DNA from: a virus
Lineage: Duplodnaviria > Heunggongvirae > Uroviricota > Caudoviricetes
Strand: one strand, 5' to 3'
Virus record (IMG/VR): IMGVR_UViG_2698536395_000034
Length of the DNA stretch: 36,647 bases
The stretch's first letter is position 1. Every line of letters starts with the position of its first letter. Under the pieces are notes generated by a model. It searched no databases, was not told the DNA's origin, and saw only the letters and a program-made list of their open reading frames with translations. The translations under genes were made by a program, and so were the position numbers. Of this stretch, positions 32,399 to 36,647 are shown piece by piece.

Positions 32399-33151
32399 TT
32401 ATCTCGTCACCTTCCTCAATTGCGCTTCCGCGTATGCTTCTTCCTGCCAGCACTTTGTTACCAGTTTACCAATGACGTCCGCATACCCCTTATACCACTG
32501 ATAATCGGTCAGGTCTGGTACCAGCTTCTGGACATGACGTCGTGCCAGCGTGGTCGGTAAACGACTAAACCGGTTTCCATTACAACGCCCACAAATCTTA
32601 TATACCGGTACGCCATGAAACCGGGTTCTTTTTTCATCCAGAACAATCCCTTTACCCTTACACCCTCTGCACGCTGTGCTGACTTCACCCTTACCATGGC
32701 AATGCTGACATAGTTCCTTCACCCATTCTTCCTTGATTACAGATTCCCCGCGTCGGTAGTGTTTCACCACTTCGCGCAATACATTATAAAATCCCGTACC
32801 TGAACAATGCTCACAGCGAGCCTTACTTGCCGCAGACCTGGAGTAATCAGCAAAGGCAAAATTCACGAGGTAAGGAATAATCTGTAACCGGATTTCTTCA
32901 CTCAATTTGTTCAATGTCGGGTTATCCAGTGCCATCGCGTAATTTAGCAGGCCTTCAATCGCAAACTGAGGGTCCTGAACACCAACTTTTGCCAGAAATA
33001 AGGCCAACCCAAGTGGTGCTTTCGACTGCACCATCCCCTGCGCTGCCATTACATCCGTAATTGTTAAACAACCGGTGCCTGTCGCTGGAGCGTCATCGCT
33101 CAATTTTGGAGATTTTGGGGAGTAATATTTTGGTAAGGCTTCAAGGTTCAT
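32399..33151 (-). CDS. quuQ: late antiterminator Q (phage 82/21 type)
   Basis: 250 aa from ATG 33151 (GGAGAA upstream); Cys-rich zinc-binding region CEHCSGTGF...CQHCHGKGE...CRGCKGKG...CGRCNG. Confidence 0.85.
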   Translation of the reverse strand: MNLEALPKYYSPKSPKLSDDAPATGTGCLTITDVMAAQGMVQSKAPLGLALFLAKVGVQDPQFAIEGLLNYAMALDNPTLNKLSEEIRLQIIPYLVNFAFADYSRSAASKARCEHCSGTGFYNVLREVVKHYRRGESVIKEEWVKELCQHCHGKGEVSTACRGCKGKGIVLDEKRTRFHGVPVYKICGRCNGNRFSRLPTTLARRHVQKLVPDLTDYQWYKGYADVIGKLVTKCWQEEAYAEAQLRKVTR

Positions 33152-33164
33152 GCTCGTTCTCCAC

Positions 33165-34214
33165 TTACGCCAGTACGCCAATTGCCAGCGCGCGATCGAT
33201 AAAACGAAATATCAGCTCCAGTTGGGAGCCATACTTATCTTCAAATGCCACTGTATCCGTATGCAGCTCGTTGTGATGCTTTCTGCACAAAGGCAACACA
33301 AAGAGATCATGTGCTTTTGTTCCCATTCCGCCCTGCCCGTGACCAATCAGATGATGCGGATCGTCGGCTGGCATACCGCAGCAAGCACACGGCTGTGTCT
33401 TAACCCAACGTGTGTATTTCTCCTTAACCCAGCGGCGACGTTTAGGCAGCTTCATGAAAGATTCCGGAGACTCTGGATCAACGGTGATGCTTACCACCGT
33501 CTTTTCCTGTGGTGATTTTTGTTGCTGGTGGGCGTAAGGCAACGGTGCAAGATTTTTTGTGCGTTGTTTCAATATGCTGGTGGCGGTCTGCTCTCCCGGT
33601 ACGATGTCGCTTTCGCGGTACACCGAGCAGATTTTTTCCGCTGGTAATCCCAGCGAACGACGCGATACAGCCTCAGGTAGTGCATCCACCACCTGATTGC
33701 AGACCGCCCACCAGGATAATTCAGCCAAAGATAATTCCCGCTCCTGCGTACCGCTTATTGCGTGACGGATGACGTCAATCACCCATGCTGTCAGATTTTG
33801 TTGAGCAAGCAGCTCCAGTGATTCCGATGTCTGGTCACGCAGTTGGTTGTCGCAGTGCCAGCACAACACCATTGCGCCGGTACCATAACGGTGAATGACT
33901 GTTTCAGTGTGATGGTAATCGCCATTAGGCCACTGGCAGGATGTAACATGACGTAATAGCCAGTCGGACAATGCGCCAACGCCGCCAGCAGCACGAATCA
34001 CCCGTTCGTTACTAAAAAACGGCAGCAATGTTTTGTCTTCCGCCAGCGGCTGGCGAACGGCAGGAACGACTCCGGATGGCAGATTACGCATGCTTTTTGG
34101 TTCCGGTTCCACCAGCACTCGAGGATTATGAAATATCTGTATGGATTCACGGCCCGGCTTAAGGACCACCAGCCCAAGCTCAGGCACCAGAACAGGTCTA
34201 AGTAATACCCGCAC
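33165..34214 (-). CDS. ydfU: DUF968-family protein with C-terminal HNH-like Cys/His motif
   Basis: 349 aa if started at GTG 34214 (GGAGGT 4 nt upstream); motif CACCGMPADDPHHLIGHG...CRKHHNELH. Confidence 0.65.
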   Translation of the reverse strand: MRVLLRPVLVPELGLVVLKPGRESIQIFHNPRVLVEPEPKSMRNLPSGVVPAVRQPLAEDKTLLPFFSNERVIRAAGGVGALSDWLLRHVTSCQWPNGDYHHTETVIHRYGTGAMVLCWHCDNQLRDQTSESLELLAQQNLTAWVIDVIRHAISGTQERELSLAELSWWAVCNQVVDALPEAVSRRSLGLPAEKICSVYRESDIVPGEQTATSILKQRTKNLAPLPYAHQQQKSPQEKTVVSITVDPESPESFMKLPKRRRWVKEKYTRWVKTQPCACCGMPADDPHHLIGHGQGGMGTKAHDLFVLPLCRKHHNELHTDTVAFEDKYGSQLELIFRFIDRALAIGVLA

Positions 34215-34215
34215 G

Positions 34216-34494
34216 TTACCTCCAGATCCGTTGCTGGAAAGTGCGGGACGCACGTGGTGGGCGTTCGGAATAAGGCAGCCTGACAGAGATTATCCAGTGC
34301 CGATAGTCGAGACTGAGAGCTTTCTTAACCTCGAACCCGCGCCTGCGGTAAGAATGAATCAGCCATTCGGCCTGTTCTGCAGTGCATGGAGGGTGCTGGA
34401 ACCATTCAGACTTGAATGCGTGAGAATACCGCCCGTGCGTGCAGGCAAGAACGGGCGAATTATCAGAATTGTAATATTTTGCGTTGCGTGCCAT
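34216..34494 (-). CDS. hypothetical 92-aa prophage protein
   Basis: ATG with GGAGAA 7 nt upstream; its stop lies 2 nt before the ydfU start; no family recognised. Confidence 0.4.
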   Translation of the reverse strand: MARNAKYYNSDNSPVLACTHGRYSHAFKSEWFQHPPCTAEQAEWLIHSYRRRGFEVKKALSLDYRHWIISVRLPYSERPPRASRTFQQRIWR

Positions 34495-34560
34495 CGGTTT
34501 TCTCCGGTGGCACGGTGTTACTCAGCGGGAGTTCAGCCCCGCGCAAGATTGTAGATGAGT

Positions 34561-34812
34561 TTATTCTCCTGAAAAAGCAGAAAAGCCAGCTTTTATTCCG
34601 ATCTCTTTCAATGCCTGTAATGAAGTGACAAACTCACCTTCGCGCAAGATAAATCCGTCCGTGACCCGAGCATCCACAAAATTAATTAACGCAGCCCCAT
34701 TCTTTCGCAAACACATAATGCGGTAATGACTAACAAGATTTCCATTTTCAACGCACACAGCATAGAGGCCATCTTCACAAAAAATTTTACGCAGTTCTTC
34801 GATGTTCATCAT
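34561..34812 (-). CDS. rem: 83-aa prophage protein, Rem-like by position and length
   Basis: MMNIEELRKIFCEDG...; GGAAGGA upstream; lies between the ydfU region and hokD. Confidence 0.45.
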   Translation of the reverse strand: MMNIEELRKIFCEDGLYAVCVENGNLVSHYRIMCLRKNGAALINFVDARVTDGFILREGEFVTSLQALKEIGIKAGFSAFSGE

Positions 34813-34926
34813 CAGAATCCTTCCGGATAATTAGCTCTCCCCTTTAAGGGACCATCCCTCTTATCCCTGCGCGCTACTTAAGTATTTTTGATTCTATTCC
34901 GGCACCGTCCAGAACTTCAAACGCGT

Positions 34927-34960
34927 TGAAAATAAAAACAAAAACCCGCCGAAGCGGGTT
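34927..34960 (-). terminator. Rho-independent terminator downstream of hokD
   Basis: Stem AACCCGC / GCGGGTT with loop CGAA; on the minus strand followed by TTTTGTTTTTATTTT. Confidence 0.5.
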
Positions 34961-35028
34961 AAGTGCGGGTGCGTTGAGGATGCCTGCCACATCAGAGGTG
35001 GCGAGGGATTTCTCCCCCGCCGGGTCTC

Positions 35029-35184
35029 TTACTCCTCAGGTTCGTAAGCTGTGAAGACAGCGACCTCCGTCTGGCCGGTTCGGATTCGTACCTCGCAGAG
35101 GTCTTTCCTCGTTACCAGTGCCGTCACTATGACGGTTAAACAGATGACGATCAGGGCGATTAACATCGCCTTTTGCTGCTTCAT
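35029..35184 (-). CDS. hokD: Hok-family type I toxin (51 aa)
   Basis: Hand translation MKQQKAMLIALIVICLTVIVTALVTRKDLCEVRIRTGQTEVAVFTAYEPEE; not in ORF track; downstream of relE as in relBE-hokD (relF). Confidence 0.85.
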   Translation of the reverse strand: MKQQKAMLIALIVICLTVIVTALVTRKDLCEVRIRTGQTEVAVFTAYEPEE

Positions 35185-35255
35185 AGCCTGCTTCTCCTGT
35201 CAACGCAAAGCAGAAGTGTCACCTTCGGTGCGAAACAGAGATGTCATGCTTTGGT

Positions 35256-35543
35256 TCAGAGAATGCGTTTGACCGCCTCGCTATATACTTCCGAGCGTTC
35301 TCTTTTCCCAACAGAAATCACGAAAACGACAACTTTCTCGTCTATAACCTGGTATACAAGGCGATAGCCTGAAGACCGGAGCTTAATCTTGTAACAATCA
35401 GGCATACCACGGAGCTTGTTTGCTTCAATCCGGGGTGACTCAAGTACTTCAACCAGCTTCTTTTTCAACTGTTCACGTACCGTCGAGCCCAGCTTTCGCC
35501 ATTCCTTTAGTGCCCGCTCGTCAAAATCCAGAAAATACGCCAT
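35256..35543 (-). CDS. relE: RelE mRNA interferase toxin
   Basis: 95 aa MAYFLDFDERALKEWRKLG...; 1-nt overlap with the relB stop. Confidence 0.92.
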   Translation of the reverse strand: MAYFLDFDERALKEWRKLGSTVREQLKKKLVEVLESPRIEANKLRGMPDCYKIKLRSSGYRLVYQVIDEKVVVFVISVGKRERSEVYSEAVKRIL

Positions 35544-35782
35544 CAGAGTTCATCCAGCGTCACACGTACTGGCTTAGGATTACGAAGCCGTTCTTTCACT
35601 ATCTCCACAAGTTCAGCATCTTCATCACTCAGGAGTGTCTGTTTGAACGGCAAGCGTTCATTGTCAGCGATATACTCGAGCATGAGACGAAGCGCTTCAG
35701 AAGGAGTTACACCCATTTTTTCAAGCGCGGCGTAAGAACGCGCTTTAAGTTCATCGTCAATACGCAGGTTAATGCTACCCAT
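35543..35782 (-). CDS. relB: RelB antitoxin
   Basis: 79 aa MGSINLRIDDELKARSYAALEKMGVTPSEALRLMLEY...; AGAGGTG RBS. Confidence 0.92.
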   Translation of the reverse strand: MGSINLRIDDELKARSYAALEKMGVTPSEALRLMLEYIADNERLPFKQTLLSDEDAELVEIVKERLRNPKPVRVTLDEL

Positions 35783-35792
35783 GTCTTACACC

Positions 35793-35820
35793 TCTTGTAA
35801 TTACAAATGTCATTACAAGT
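35793..35820 (-). promoter_or_regulatory. relBE operator/promoter region with paired inverted repeats
   Basis: TTGTAATTACAA (35795..35806) and TGTCATTACAAG (35808..35819), immediately upstream of the relB start. Confidence 0.5.
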
Positions 35821-36112
35821 ATCGCACTACAACATGCTTAGGGCAAGTCACGAAGGAAGTCAGAAAGTAGTCGTAAGAACGGTGATCACTGTCCGCTTTG
35901 TGCCAGGAGCAGCCATTGCTAAGTCCATCCTGTATTGTGCAGGTCAGCTCGTTTTTAAAGAGTCCGGCCATCATCTTACTGGTACAGACACCATATACTT
36001 TGTGACGGTCAGGCTACATATGCACAACTCAACTTATTCATCTATTTTTTGCTTTAGCATGTCAGTGTTGCTTTCTCGTCGGCGGGTGAGCGGTGACCTG
36101 ACCTGTCGATAA
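35807..36112 (+). CDS. ydfV: hypothetical protein, YdfV-like by position
   Basis: 101-aa ORF whose ATG lies inside the relBE operator; coding status uncertain. Confidence 0.3.
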   Translation: MSLQVSHYNMLRASHEGSQKVVVRTVITVRFVPGAAIAKSILYCAGQLVFKESGHHLTGTDTIYFVTVRLHMHNSTYSSIFCFSMSVLLSRRRVSGDLTCR

Positions 36113-36264
36113 AGGAACGTAGCACGTTTTATGCAACACCCGCATGCGGCAGAAAATTATTGCCGAACGTTTACCCCTGTCAACAAGCTTTACTTTCTGA
36201 GGCGCGCCAGCCCGCGAGGAAAACAATCTGAACATCAAACAATTAATGACACAAGAAATACGAT

Positions 36265-36291
36265 TAAAGATTTTTTTGTGCATGCCGATAG
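36265..36291 (+). promoter_or_regulatory. sigma-28 (FliA) promoter of flxA
   Basis: TAAAGATT - 11 nt - GCCGATAG matches the sigma-28 consensus TAAAGTTT-N11-GCCGATAA; 24 nt upstream of the flxA ATG. Confidence 0.6.
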
Positions 36292-36314
36292 TGCTTTTTT
36301 AAAAGGAGAAATCT

Positions 36315-36647
36315 ATGTCTGTCACAATTCAGGGAAATACCTCAACCGTTATTTCAAACAACTCCGCCCCGGAAGGAACATCAGAAATAGCCAAAATCAC
36401 AAGACAAATTCAGGTGCTGACTGAAAAGCTTGGGAAAATCTCATCGGAAGAGGGGATGACGACACAGCAGAAAAAAGAAATGGCTGCATTGGTACAGAAG
36501 CAAATTGAAAGCCTCAGGGCTCAACTGGAGCAGTTGTTAAGGCAGCAGGCAGAGAAAAAGAATAAAGACGCGACAGTTCAGCCTGATAAAAAAGAAGAGA
36601 AAAAAGACGATACAAATACCGCTGGCACCATTGATATTTACGTCTAA
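36315..36647 (+). CDS. flxA: FliA-regulated protein FlxA
   Basis: 110 aa MSVTIQGNTSTVISNNSAPEGTSEIAKITRQIQVLTEKLG...; AGGAG RBS; sigma-28 promoter upstream. Confidence 0.85.
   Translation: MSVTIQGNTSTVISNNSAPEGTSEIAKITRQIQVLTEKLGKISSEEGMTTQQKKEMAALVQKQIESLRAQLEQLLRQQAEKKNKDATVQPDKKEEKKDDTNTAGTIDIYV

Noticed and set aside
35185-35260. Sok-like antisense RNA or mok leader for hokD
   Set aside because: No recognisable promoter/terminator pair for a short antisense RNA; hokD sits directly downstream of relE and is probably co-transcribed. Left uncalled.
35051-35367. 73-aa and 64-aa plus-strand ORFs
   Set aside because: Antisense to hokD and relE; the real gene here is the 51-aa hokD on the minus strand.

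Overview
The window reads as the late/right arm of a lambda-like (Qin-type) prophage of E. coli or a close relative, lying between the host MFS transporter gene ydfJ (1..1284, -) and flxA (36315..36647, +). Almost all phage genes are on the minus strand and follow lambda order: Q antiterminator, a cspB/cspF cold-shock moron pair, an S21-type pinholin / SAR-endolysin / Rz-Rz1 lysis cassette, a moron cluster (cspI, ynfN, gnsB, ydfO, ynfO), a cos-like site, terminase small and large subunits, W-like protein, portal, a protease-capsid fusion gene, then Z, U, V, G/G-T, H, M, L, K, I, J, lom, side tail fibre (stf), tfa and a Pin-family invertase, with ydfK beside ydfJ. Upstream of Q are ydfU (DUF968), rem, hokD, relE/relB and ydfV. 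A 93-nt run of N (5227..5319) interrupts stf. All calls rest on reading the supplied translations and sequence by eye against remembered protein families; no database search was run. I found no clearly novel system: the content matches a well-known prophage type, and the most unusual points are a more complete structural module than I recall for the degraded K-12 Qin, the fused protease-capsid gene, an orphan invertase, and several unannotated small ORFs.
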